Of a stretch of 64,000 bases of DNA, positions 40,501 through 55,200 are shown in pieces. Every line of letters starts with the position of its first letter. Position 1 is the first letter of the stretch. The stretch covers positions 1,364,001-1,428,000 of the forward strand of contig OZ059899.1 in NCBI GenBank assembly GCA_964057225.1. The letters run 5' to 3'. Under the pieces are notes generated by a model. That model was not told the origin of the DNA. It did not search any database and saw nothing but the letters and a program-made list of their open reading frames with translations. A program made the translations under genes and the position numbers. This DNA comes from Auanema rhodensis. Taxonomy: Eukaryota > Animalia > Nematoda.

Positions 40501-43500
40501 TTTTTAGATTCCTTTTTTCAAGGCAAAGACGATGGACAATGTTATTCAACGAAAAAATTAATTCTTCAGGGTAAAAATCGAGGATATAAGTGTAAACTTA
40601 TATCAGTTGATATCTCGGTGCATTTTTAAGCTAGCGCAAATCTGATAACACAGATCGACGCAGCTTAAAAATCCGCATCGAATGCACTATACTACATTGA
40701 GAAACGCTTAATACAAAAACTAGTTATGATCGTTTGAAAAATGATGCATTAGTGTATGTTGAGTTTCCATGTACACTCAACATTGCTTCCAAAAACATTT
40801 TGACAAAACTTTTTTCGAAAAATTTCAAAATAATTTAGCAAAAAGTAGCTGTTTTTAGATTCCATTTTTCAAGGCAAAGACGATGGACAATGTTATTCAA
40901 CGAAAAAATTAATTCTTCAGGGTGAAAATCGAGGATATAAGTGTGAACTTATATCAGTTGATATCTCGGTGCATTTTTAAGCTAGCGCAAATCTGATAAC
41001 ACAGATCGACGCAGCTTAAAAATCCGCATCGAATGCACTATACTACATTGAGAAACGCTTAATACAAAAATTAGTTATGATCGTTTGAAAAATGATGCAT
41101 TAGTGTATGTTGAGTTTCCATGTACACTCAACATTGCTTCCAAAAACATTTTGACAAAAATTTTTTCGAAAAATTTCAAAAGAATTTAGCAAAAAGTAGA
41201 TGTTTTTAGATTCCATTTTTCAAGGCAAAGACGATGGACAATGTTATTCAACGAAAAAATTATTTCTTCATTGTGAAAATCGAGGATATAAGTGTGAACT
41301 TATATCAGTTGATATCTCGGTGCATTTTTAAGTTAGCGCAAATCTGATAACACAGATCGACGCAGCTTAAAAATCCGCATCGAATGCACTATACTACATT
41401 GAGAAACGCTTGATACAAAAATTAGTTATGATCGTTTGAAAAATGATGCATTAGTGTATGTTGAGTTTCCATGTACACTCAACATTGCTTCCAAAAACAT
41501 TTTGACAAAAATTTTTTCGAAAAATTTCAGAATAATTTAGCAAAAAGTAGATGTTTTTAGATTCCATTTTTCAAGGCAAAGACGATGGACAATGTTATTC
41601 AACGAAAAAATTAATTCTTCAGGGTGAAAATCGAGGATATAAGTGTGAACTTATATCAGTTGATATCTCGGTGCATTTTTAAGCTAGCGCAAATCTGATA
41701 ACACAGATCGACGCAGCTTAAAAATCCGCAGCGAATGCACTATACTACATTGAGAAACGCTTAATACAAAAATTAGTTATGATCGTTTGAAAAATGATGC
41801 ATTAGTGTATGTTGAGTTTCCATGTACACTCAACATTGCTTCCAAAAACATTTTGACAAAAATTTTTTCGAAAAATTTCAAAAGAATTTAGCAAAAAGTA
41901 GATGTTTTTAGATTCCATTTTTCAAGGCAAAGACGATGGACAATGTTATTCAACGAAAAAATTAATTCTTCAGGGTGAAAATCGAGGATATAAGTGTGAA
42001 CTTATATCAGTTGATATCTCGGTGCATTTTTAAGCTAGCGCAAATCTGATAACACAGATCGACGCAGCTTAAAAATCCGCAGCGAATGCACTATACTACA
42101 TTGAGAAACGCTTAATACAAAAATTAGTTATGATCGTTTGAAAAATGATGCATTAGTGTATGTTGAGTTTCCATGTACACTCAACATTGCTTCCAAAAAC
42201 ATTTTGACAAAAATTTTTTCGAAAAATTTCAAAAGAATTTAGCAAAAAGTAGATGTTTTTAGATTCCATTTTTCAAGGCAAAGACGATGGACAATGTTAT
42301 TCAACGAAAAAATTAATTCTTCAGGGTGAAAATCGAGGATATAAGTGTGAACTTATATCAGTTGATATCTCGGTGCATTTTTAAGCTAGCGCAAATCTGA
42401 TAACACAGATCGACGCAGCTTAATAATCCGCATCGAATGCACTATACTACATTGAGAAACGCTTAATACAAAAATTAGTTATGATCGTTTGAAAAATGAT
42501 GCATTAGTGTATGTTGAGTTTCCATGTACACTCAACATTGCTTCCAAAAACATTTTGACAAAAATTTTTTCGAAAAATTTCAAAATAATTTAGCGAAAAG
42601 TAGATGTTTTTAGATTCCTTTTTTCAAGGCAAAGACGATGGACAATGTTATTCAACGAAAAAATTAATTCTTCAGGGTAAAAATCGAGGATATAAGTGTG
42701 AACTTATATCAGTTGATATCTCGGTGCATTTTTAAGCTAGCGCAAATCTGATAACACAGATCGACGCAGCTTAATAATCCGCATCGAATGCACTATACTA
42801 CATTGAGAAACGCTTGATACAAAAGTTAGTTATGATCGTTTGAAAAATGATGCATTAGTGTATGTTGAGTTTCCATGTACACTCAACATTGCTTCCAAAA
42901 ACATTTTGACAAAAATTTTTTCGAAAAATTTCAGAATAATTTAGCAAAAAGTAGATGTTTTTAGATTCCATTTTTCAAGGCAAAGACGATGGACAATGTT
43001 ATTCAACGAAAAAATTAATTCTTCAGGGTGAAAATCGAGGATATAAGTGTGAACTTATATCAGTTGATATCTCGGTGCATTTTTAAGCTAGCGCAAATCT
43101 GATAACACAGATCGACGCAGCTTAAAAATCCGCAGCGAATGCACTATACTACATTGAGAAACGCTTAATACAAAAATTAGTTATGATCGTTTGAAAAATG
43201 ATGCATTAGTGTATGTTGAGTTTCCATGTACACTCAACATTGCTTCCAAAAACATTTTGACAAAAATTTTTTCGAAAAATTTCAAAAGAATTTAGCAAAA
43301 AGTAGATGTTTTTAGATTCCATTTTTCAAGGCAAAGACGATGGACAATGTTATTCAACGAAAAAATTAATTCTTCAGGGTGAAAATCGAGGATATAAGTG
43401 TGAACTTATATCAGTTGATATCTCGGTGCATTTTTAAGCTAGCGCAAATCTGATAACACAGATCGACGCAGCTTAATAATCCGCATCGAATGCACTATAC

Positions 43501-46500
43501 TACATTGAGAAACGCTTAATACAAAAATTAGTTATGATCGTTTGAAAAATGATGCATTAGTGTATGTTGAGTTTCCATGTACACTCAACATTGCTTCCAA
43601 AAACATTTTGACAAAAATTTTTTCGAAAAATTTCAAAATAATTTAGCGAAAAGTAGATGTTTTTAGATTCCTTTTTTCAAGGCAAAGACGATGGACAATG
43701 TTATTCAACGAAAAAATTAATTCTTCAGGGTAAAAATCGAGGATATAAGTGTAAACTTATATCAGTTGATATCTCGGTGCATTTTTAAGCTAGCGCAAAT
43801 CTGATAACACAGATCGACGCAGCTTAAAAATCCGCATCGAATGCACTATACTACATTGAGAAACGCTTAATACAAAAATTAGTTATGATCGTTTGAAAAA
43901 TGATGCATTAGTGTATGTTGAGTTTCCATGTACACTCAACATTGCTTCCAAAAACATTTTGACAAAACTTTTTTCGAAAAATTTCAAAATAATTTAGCAA
44001 AAAGTAGCTGTTTTTAGATTCCATTTTTCAAGGCAAAGACGATGGACAATGTTATTCAACGAAAAAATTAATTCTTCAGGGTGAAAATCGAGGATATAAG
44101 TGTGAACTTATATCAGTTGATATCTCGGTGCATTTTTAAGCTAGCGCAAATCTGATAACACAGATCGACGCAGCTTAAAAATCCGCAGCGAATGCACTAT
44201 ACTACATTGAGAAACGCTTAATACAAAAATTAGTTATGATCGTTTGAAAAATGATGCATTAGTGTATGTTGAGTTTCCATGTACACTCAACATTGCTTCC
44301 AAAAACATTTTGACAAAAATTTTTTCGAAAAATTTCAAAAGAATTTAGCAAAAAGTAGATGTTTTTAGATTCCATTTTTCAAGGCAAAGACGATGGACAA
44401 TGTTATTCAACGAAAAAATTAATTCTTCAGGGTGAAAATCGAGGATATAAGTGTGAACTTATATCAGTTGATATCTCGGTGCATTTTTAAGCTAGCGCAA
44501 ATCTGATAACACAGATCGACGCAGCTTAATAATCCGCATCGAATGCACTATACTACATTGAGAAACGCTTAATACAAAAATTAGTTATGATCGTTTGAAA
44601 AATGATGCATTAGTGTATGTTGAGTTTCCATGTACACTCAACATTGCTTCCAAAAACATTTTGACAAAAATTTTTTCGAAAAATTTCAAAATAATTTAGC
44701 GAAAAGTAGATGTTTTTAGATTCCTTTTTTCAAGGCAAAGACGATGGACAATGTTATTCAACGAAAAAATTAATTCTTCAGGGTAAAAATCGAGGATATA
44801 AGTGTGAACTTATATCAGTTGATATCTCGGTGCATTTTTAAGCTAGCGCAAATCTGATAACACAGATCGACGCAGCTTAAAAATCCGCAGCGAATGCACT
44901 ATACTACATTGAGAAACGCTTAATACAAAAATTAGTTATGATCGTTTGAAAAATGATGCATTAGTGTATGTTGAGTTTCCATGTACACTCAACATTGCTT
45001 CCAAAAACATTTTGACAAAAATTTTTTCGAAAAATTTCAAAAGAATTTAGCAAAAAGTAGATGTTTTTAGATTCCATTTTTCAAGGCAAAGACGATGGAC
45101 AATGTTATTCAACGAAAAAATTATTTCTTCATTGTGAAAATCGAGGATATAAGTGTGAACTTATATCAGTTGATATCTCGGTGCATTTTTAAGTTAGCGC
45201 AAATCTGATAACACAGATCGACGCAGCTTAAAAATCCGCATCGAATGCACTATACTACATTGAGAAACGCTTGATACAAAAGTTAGTTATGATCGTTTGA
45301 AAAATGATGCATTAGTGTATGTTGAGTTTCCATGTACACTCAACATTGCTTCCAAAAACATTTTGACAAAAATTTTTTCGAAAAATTTCAGAATAATTTA
45401 GCAAAAAGTAGATGTTTTTAGATTCCATTTTTCAAGGCAAAGACGATGGACAATGTTATTCAACGAAAAAATTAATTCTTCAGGGTGAAAATCGAGGATA
45501 TAAGTGTGAACTTATATCAGTTGATATCTCGGTGCATTTTTAAGCTAGCGCAAATCTGATAACACAGATCGACGCAGCTTAATAATCCGCATCGAATGCA
45601 CTATACTACATTGAGAAACGCTTAATACAAAAATTAGTTATGATCGTTTGAAAAATGATGCATTAGTGTATGTTGAGTTTCCATGTACACTCAACATTGC
45701 TTCCAAAAACATTTTGACAAAAATTTTTTCGAAAAATTTCAAAATAATTTAGCGAAAAGTAGATGTTTTTAGATTCCTTTTTTCAAGGCAAAGACGATGG
45801 ACAATGTTATTCAACGAAAAAATTAATTCTTCAGGGTAAAAATCGAGGATATAAGTGTAAACTTATATCAGTTGATATCTCGGTGCATTTTTAAGCTAGC
45901 GCAAATCTGATAACACAGATCGACGCAGCTTAAAAATCCGCATCGAATGCACTATACTACATTGAGAAACGCTTAATACAAAAATTAGTTATGATCGTTT
46001 GAAAAATGATGCATTAGTGTATGTTGAGTTTCCATGTACACTCAACATTGCTTCCAAAAACATTTTGACAAAACTTTTTTCGAAAAATTTCAAAATAATT
46101 TAGCAAAAAGTAGCTGTTTTTAGATTCCATTTTTCAAGGCAAAGACGATGGACAATGTTATTCAACGAAAAAATTAATTCTTCAGGGTGAAAATCGAGGA
46201 TATAAGTGTGAACTTATATCAGTTGATATCTCGGTGCATTTTTAAGCTAGCGCAAATCTGATAACACAGATCGACGCAGCTTAAAAATCCGCAGCGAATG
46301 CACTATACTACATTGAGAAACGCTTAATACAAAAATTAGTTATGATCGTTTGAAAAATGATGCATTAGTGTATGTTGAGTTTCCATGTACACTCAACATT
46401 GCTTCCAAAAACATTTTGACAAAAATTTTTTCGAAAAATTTCAAAAGAATTTAGCAAAAAGTAGATGTTTTTAGATTCCATTTTTCAAGGCAAAGACGAT

Positions 46501-49500
46501 GGACAATGTTATTCAACGAAAAAATTAATTCTTCAGGGTGAAAATCGAGGATATAAGTGTGAACTTATATCAGTTGATATCTCGGTGCATTTTTAAGCTA
46601 GCGCAAATCTGATAACACAGATCGACGCAGCTTAATAATCCGCATCGAATGCACTATACTACATTGAGAAACGCTTAATACAAAAATTAGTTATGATCGT
46701 TTGAAAAATGATGCATTAGTGTATGTTGAGTTTCCATGTACACTCAACATTGCTTCCAAAAACATTTTGACAAAAATTTTTTCGAAAAATTTCAAAATAA
46801 TTTAGCGAAAAGTAGATGTTTTTAGATTCCTTTTTTCAAGGCAAAGACGATGGACAATGTTATTCAACGAAAAAATTAATTCTTCAGGGTAAAAATCGAG
46901 GATATAAGTGTGAACTTATATCAGTTGATATCTCGGTGCATTTTTAAGCTAGCGCAAATCTGATAACACAGATCGACGCAGCTTAAAAATCCGCAGCGAA
47001 TGCACTATACTACATTGAGAAACGCTTAATACAAAAATTAGTTATGATCGTTTGAAAAATGATGCATTAGTGTATGTTGAGTTTCCATGTACACTCAACA
47101 TTGCTTCCAAAAACATTTTGACAAAAATTTTTTCGAAAAATTTCAAAAGAATTTAGCAAAAAGTAGATGTTTTTAGATTCCATTTTTCAAGGCAAAGACG
47201 ATGGACAATGTTATTCAACGAAAAAATTATTTCTTCATTGTGAAAATCGAGGATATAAGTGTGAACTTATATCAGTTGATATCTCGGTGCATTTTTAAGT
47301 TAGCGCAAATCTGATAACACAGATCGACGCAGCTTAAAAATCCGCATCGAATGCACTATACTACATTGAGAAACGCTTGATACAAAAGTTAGTTATGATC
47401 GTTTGAAAAATGATGCATTAGTGTATGTTGAGTTTCCATGTACACTCAACATTGCTTCCAAAAACATTTTGACAAAAATTTTTTCGAAAAATTTCAGAAT
47501 AATTTAGCAAAAAGTAGATGTTTTTAGATTCCATTTTTCAAGGCAAAGACGATGGACAATGTTATTCAACGAAAAAATTAATTCTTCAGGGTGAAAATCG
47601 AGGATATAAGTGTGAACTTATATCAGTTGATATCTCGGTGCATTTTTAAGCTAGCGCAAATCTGATAACACAGATCGACGCAGCTTAAAAATCCGCAGCG
47701 AATGCACTATACTACATTGAGAAACGCTTAATACAAAAATTAGTTATGATCGTTTGAAAAATGATGCATTAGTGTATGTTGAGTTTCCATGTACACTCAA
47801 CATTGCTTCCAAAAACATTTTGACAAAAATTTTTTCGAAAAATTTCAAAAGAATTTAGCAAAAAGTAGATGTTTTTAGATTCCATTTTTCAAGGCAAAGA
47901 CGATGGACAATGTTATTCAACGAAAAAATTAATTCTTCAGGGTGAAAATCGAGGATATAAGTGTGAACTTATATCAGTTGATATCTCGGTGCATTTTTAA
48001 GCTAGCGCAAATCTGATAACACAGATCGACGCAGCTTAATAATCCGCATCGAATGCACTATACTACATTGAGAAACGCTTAATACAAAAATTAGTTATGA
48101 TCGTTTGAAAAATGATGCATTAGTGTATGTTGAGTTTCCATGTACACTCAACATTGCTTCCAAAAACATTTTGACAAAAATTTTTTCGAAAAATTTCAAA
48201 ATAATTTAGCGAAAAGTAGATGTTTTTAGATTCCTTTTTTCAAGGCAAAGACGATGGACAATGTTATTCAACGAAAAAATTAATTCTTCAGGGTGAAAAT
48301 CGAGGATATAAGTGTGAACTTATATCAGTTGATATCTCGGTGCATTTTTAAGCTAGCGCAAATCTGATAACACAGATCGACGCAGCTCAAAAATCCGCAT
48401 CGAATGCACTATACTACATTGAGAAACGCTTAATACAAAAATTAGTTATGATCGTTTGAAAAATGATGCATTAGTGTATGTTGAGTTTCCATGTACACTC
48501 AACATTGCTTCCAAAAACATTTTGACAAAACTTTTTTCGAAAAATTTCAAAATAATTTAGCAAAAAGTAGCTGTTTTTAGATTCCATTTTTCAAGGCAAA
48601 GACGATGGACAATGTTATTCAACGAAAAAATTAATTCTTCAGGGTGAAAATCGAGGATATAAGTGTGAACTTATATCAGTTGATATCTCGGTGCATTTTT
48701 AAGCTAGCGCAAATCTGATAACACAGATCGACGCAGCTTAAAAATCCGCATCGAATGCACTATACTACATTGAGAAACGCTTAATACAAAAATTAGTTAT
48801 GATCGTTTGAAAAATGATGCATTAGTGTATGTTGAGTTTCCATGTACACTCAACATTGCTTCCAAAAACATTTTGACAAAAATTTTTTCGAAAAATTTCA
48901 AAAGAATTTAGCAAAAAGTAGATGTTTTTAGATTCCATTTTTCAAGGCAAAGACGATGGACAATGTTATTCAACGAAAAAATTATTTCTTCATTGTGAAA
49001 ATCGAGGATATAAGTGTGAACTTATATCAGTTGATATCTCGGTGCATTTTTAAGTTAGCGCAAATCTGATAACACAGATCGACGCAGCTTAAAAATCCGC
49101 ATCGAATGCACTATACTACATTGAGAAACGCTTGATACAAAAATTAGTTATGATCGTTTGAAAAATGATGCATTAGTGTATGTTGAGTTTCCATGTACAC
49201 TCAACATTGCTTCCAAAAACATTTTGACAAAAATTTTTTCGAAAAATTTCAGAATAATTTAGCAAAAAGTAGATGTTTTTAGATTCCATTTTTCAAGGCA
49301 AAGACGATGGACAATGTTATTCAACGAAAAAATTAATTCTTCAGGGTGAAAATCGAGGATATAAGTGTGAACTTATATCAGTTGATATCTCGGTGCATTT
49401 TTAAGCTAGCGCAAATCTGATAACACAGATCGACGCAGCTTAAAAATCCGCAGCGAATGCACTATACTACATTGAGAAACGCTTGATACAAAAATTAGTT

Positions 49501-52286
49501 ATGATCGTTTGAAAAATGATGCATTAGTGTATGTTGAGTTTCCATGTACACTCAACATTGCTTCCAAAAACATTTTGACAAAAATTTTTTCGAAAAATTT
49601 CAGAATAATTTAGCAAAAAGTAGATGTTTTTAGATTCCATTTTTCAAGGCAAAGACGATGGACAATGTTATTCAACGAAAAAATTAATTCTTCAGGGTGA
49701 AAATCGAGGATATAAGTGTGAACTTATATCAGTTGATATCTCGGTGCATTTTTAAGCTAGCGCAAATCTGATAACACAGATCGACGCAGCTTAAAAATCC
49801 GCAGCGAATGCACTATACTACATTGAGAAACGCTTAATACAAAAATTAGTTATGATCGTTTGAAAAATGATGCATTAGTGTATGTTGAGTTTCCATGTAC
49901 ACTCAACATTGCTTCCAAAAACATTTTGACAAAAATTTTTTCGAAAAATTTCAAAAGAATTTAGCAAAAAGTAGATGTTTTTAGATTCCATTTTTCAAGG
50001 CAAAGACGATGGACAATGTTATTCAACGAAAAAATTAATTCTTCAGGGTGAAAATCGAGGATATAAGTGTGAACTTATATCAGTTGATATCTCGGTGCAT
50101 TTTTAAGCTAGCGCAAATCTGATAACACAGATCGACGCAGCTTAATAATCCGCATCGAATGCACTATACTACATTGAGAAACGCTTAATACAAAAATTAG
50201 TTATGATCGTTTGAAAAATGATGCATTAGTGTATGTTGAGTTTCCATGTACACTCAACATTGCTTCCAAAAACATTTTGACAAAACTTTTTTCGAAAAAT
50301 TTCAAAATAATTTAGCGAAAAGTAGATGTTTTTAGATTCCTTTTTTCAAGGCAAAGACGATGGACAATGTTATTCAACGAAAAAATTAATTCTTCAGGGT
50401 AAAAATCGAGGATATAAGTGTAAACTTATATCAGTTGATATCTCGGTGCATTTTTAAGCTAGCGCAAATCTGATAACACAGATCGACGCAGCTTAAAAAT
50501 CCGCATCGAATGCACTATACTACATTAAGAAACGCTTAATACAAAAATTAGTTATGATCGTTTGAAAAATGATGCATTAGTGTATGTTGAGTTTCCATGT
50601 ACACTCAACATTGCTTCCAAAAACATTTTGACAAAACTTTTTTCGAAAAATTTCAAAATAATTTAGCAAAAAGTAGCTGTTTTTAGATTCCATTTTTCAA
50701 GGCAAAGACGATGGACAATGTTATTCAACGAAAAAATTAATTCTTCAGGGTGAAAATCGAGGATATAAGTGTGAACATATATCAGTTGATATCTCGGTGC
50801 ATTTTTAAGCTAGCGCAAATCTGATAACACAGATCGACGCAGCTTAAAAATCCGCATCGAATGCACTATACTACATTGAGAAACGCTTAATACAAAAATT
50901 AGTTATGATCGTTTGAAAAATGATGCATTAGTGTATGTTGAGTTTCCATGTACACTCAACATTGCTTCCAAAAACATTTTGACAAAAATTTTTTCGAAAA
51001 ATTTCAAAAGAATTTAGCAAAAAGTAGATGTTTTTAGATTCCATTTTTCAAGGCAAAGACGATGGACAATGTTATTCAACGAAAAAATTATTTCTTCATT
51101 GTGAAAATCGAGGATATAAGTGTGAACTTATATCAGTTGATATCTCGGTGCATTTTTAAGTTAGCGCAAATCTGATAACACAGATCGACGCAGCTTAAAA
51201 ATCCGCATCGAATGCACTATACTACATTGAGAAACGCTTGATACAAAAATTAGTTATGATCGTTTGAAAAATGATGCATTAGTGTATGTTGAGTTTCCAT
51301 GTACACTCAACATTGCTTCCAAAAACATTTTGACAAAAATTTTTTCGAAAAATTTCAAAATAATTTAGCAAAAAGTAGATGTTTTTAGATTCCATTTTTC
51401 AAGGCAAAGACGATGGACAATGTTATTCAACGAAAAAATTAATTCTTCAGGGTGAAAATCGAGGATATAAGTGTGAACTTATATCAGTTGATATCTCGGT
51501 GCATTTTTAAGCTAGCGCAAATCTGATAACACAGATCGACGCAGCTTAAAAATCCGCAGCGAATGCACTATACTACATTGAGAAACGCTTAATACAAAAA
51601 TTAGTTATGATCGTTTGAAAAATGATGCATTAGTGTATGTTGAGTTTCCATGTACACTCAACATTGCTTCCAAAAACATTTTGACAAAAATTTTTTCGAA
51701 AAATTTCAAAATAATTTAGCAAAAAGTAGATGTTTTTAGATTCCATTTTTCAAGGCAAAGACGATGGACAATGTTATTCAACGAAAAAATTAATTCTTCA
51801 GGGTGAAAATCGAGGATATAAGTGTGAACTTATATCAGTTGATATCTCGGTGCATTTTTAAGCTAGCGCAAATCTGATAACACAGATCGACGCAGCTTAA
51901 AAATCCGCAGCGAATGCACTATACTACATTGAGAAACGCTTAATACAAAAATTAGTTATGATCGTTTGAAAAATGATGCATTAGTGTATGTTGAGTTTCC
52001 ATGTACACTCAACATTGCTTCCAAAAACATTTTGACAAAAATTTTTTCGAAAAATTTCAAAATAATTTAGCAAAAAGTAGATGTTTTTAGATTCCATTTT
52101 TCAAGGCAAAGACGATGGACAATGTTATTCAACGAAAAAATTATTTCTTCAGGGTGAAAATCGAGGATATAAGTGTGAACTTATATCAGTTGATATCTCG
52201 GTGCATTTTTAAGCTAGCGCAAATCTGATAACACAGATCGACGCAGCTTAAAAATCCGCATCGAATGCACTATACTACATTGAGAA
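37545..52286. repeat. Array domain D (42 monomers, all 351 bp): A-related, with an irregular 6-9-mer higher-order repeat
   Basis: Recurrent TTCAGAATA, TTAATAATCC, TTCCTTTTT + GGGTAAAA and AAAACTTTT + GTAGCTG variants. The GTAGCTG C lies at 40849, 44008, 46114, 48571 and 50677. Confidence 0.85.
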
Positions 52287-55200
52287 ACGCTTAATACAAA
52301 AATTAGTTATGATCGTTTGAAAAATGATGCATTAGTGTATGTTGAGTTTCCATGTACACTCAACATTGCTTCCAAAAACATTTTGACAAAAATTTTTTCG
52401 AAAAATTTCAAAATAATTCAGCAAAAAGTAGATGTTTTTAGATTCCATTTTTCAAGGCAAAGACGATGGACAATGTTATTCAACGAAAAAATTAATTCTT
52501 TAGGGTGAAAATCGAGGATATAAGTGTGAACTTATATCAGTTGATATCTCGGTGCATTTTTAAGCTAGCGCAAATCTGATAACACAGATCGACGCAGCTC
52601 AAAAATCCGCATCGAATGCACTATACTACATTGAGAAACGCTTAATACAAAAATTAGTTATGATCGTTTGAAAAATGATGCATTAGTGTATGTTGAGTTT
52701 CCATGTACACTCAACATTGCTTCCAAAAACATTTTGACAAAAATTTTTTCGAAAAATTTCAAAATAATTTAGCAAAAAGTAGATGTTTTTAGATTTCATT
52801 TTTCAAGGCAAAGACGATGGACAATGTTATTCAACGAAAAAATTATTTCTTCAGGGTGAAAATCGAGGATATAAGTGTGAACTTATATCAGTTGATATCT
52901 CGGTGCATTTTTAAGCTAGCGCAAATCTGATAACACAGATCGACGCAGCTTAAAAATCCGCATCGAATGCACTGTACTACATTGAGAAACGCTTAATACA
53001 AAAATTAGTTATGATCGTTTGAAAAATGATGCATTAGTGTATGTTGAGTTTCCATGTACACTCAACATTGCTTCCAAAAACATTTTGACAAAAATTTTTC
53101 CGAAAAATTTCAAAATAATTCAGCAAAAAGTAGATGTTTTTAGATTCCATTTTTCAAGGCAAAGACGATGGACAATGTTATTCAACGAAAAAATTAATTC
53201 TTCAGGGTGAAAATCGAGGATATAAGTGTGAACTTATAAAAGTTGATATCTCGGTGCATTTTTAAGCTAGCGCAAATCTGATAACACAGATCGACGCAGC
53301 TCAAAAATCCGCATCGAATGCACTATACTACATTGAGAAACGCTTGATACAAAAATTAGTTATAATCATTTGAAAAATGATGCATTAGTGTATGTTAAGT
53401 TTCCATGTACACTCAACATTGCTTCCAAAAACATTTTGACAAAAATTTTTTCGAAAAATTTCAAAATAATTTAGCAAAAAGTAGATGTTTTTAGATTTCA
53501 TTTTTCAAGGCAAAGACGATGGACAATGTTATTCAACGAAAAAATTAATTCTTCAGGGTGAAAATCGAGGATATAAGTGTGAACTTATAAAAGTTGATAT
53601 CTCGGTGCATTTTTAAGCTAGCGCAAATCTGATAACACAGATCGACGCAGCTCAAAAATCCGCATCGAATGCACTATACTACATTGAGAAACGCTTGATA
53701 CAAAAATTAGTTATAATCGTTTGAAAAATGATGCATTAGTGTATGTTGAGTTTCCATGTACACTCAACATTGTTTCCAAAAACATTTTGACAAAAATTTT
53801 TTCGAAAAATTTCAAAATAATTTAGCAAAAAGTAGATGTTTTTAGATTTCATTTTTCAAGGCAAAGACGATGGACAATGTTATTCAACGAAAAAATTAAT
53901 TCTTCAGGGTGAAAATCGAGGATATAAGTGTGAACTTATATCAGTTGATATCTCGGTGCATTTTTAAGCTAGCGCAAATCTGATAACACAGATCGACGCA
54001 GCTTAAAAATCCGCATCGAATGCACTATACTACTTTGAGAAACGCTTAATACAAAAATTAGTTATGATCGTTTGAAAAATGATGCATTAGTGTATGTTGA
54101 GTTTCCATGTACACTCAACATTGCTTCCAAAAACATTTTGACAAAAATTTTTTCGAAAAATTTCAAAATAATTCAGCAAAAAGTAGATGTTTTTAGATTC
54201 CATTTTTCAAGGCAAAGACGATGGACAATGTTATTCAACGAAAAAATTAATTCTTCAGGGTGAAAATCGAGGATATAAGTGTGAACTTATAAAAGTTGAT
54301 ATCTCGGTGCATTTTTAAGCTAGCGCAAATCTGATAACACAGATCGACGCAGCTCAAAAATCCGCATCGAATGCACTATACTACATTGAGAAACGCTTGA
54401 TACAAAAATTAGTTATAATCGTTTGAAAAATGATGCATTAGTGTATGTTGAGTTTCCATGTACACTCAACATTGTTTCCAAAAACATTTTGACAAAAATT
54501 TTTTCGAAAAATTTCAAAATAATTTAGCAAAAAGTAGATGTTTTTAGATTTCATTTTTCAAGGCAAAGACGATGGACAATGTTATTCAACGAAAAAATTA
54601 ATTCTTCAGGGTGAAAATCGAGGATATAAGTGTGAACTTATATCAGTTGATATCTCGGTGCATTTTTAAGCTAGCGCAAATCTGATAACACAGATCGACG
54701 CAGCTTAAAAATCCGCATCGAATGCACTATACTACTTTGAGAAACGCTTAATACAAAAATTAGTTATGATCGTTTGAAAAATGATGCATTAGTGTATGTT
54801 GAGTTTCCATGTACACTCAACATTGCTTCCAAAAACATTTTGACAAAAATTTTTTCGAAAAATTTCAAAATAATTCAGCAAAAAGTAGATGTTTTTAGAT
54901 TCCATTTTTCAAGGCAAAGACGATGGACAATGTTATTCAACGAAAAAATTAATTCTTCAGGGTGAAAATCGAGGATATAAGTGTGAACTTATAAAAGTTG
55001 ATATCTCGGTGCATTTTTAAGCTAGCGCAAATCTGATAACACAGATCGACGCAGCTCAAAAATCCGCATCGAATGCACTATACTACATTGAGAAACGCTT
55101 GATACAAAAATTAGTTATAATCATTTGAAAAATGATGCATTAGTGTATGTTAAGTTTCCATGTACACTCAACATTGCTTCCAAAAACATTTTGACAAAAA

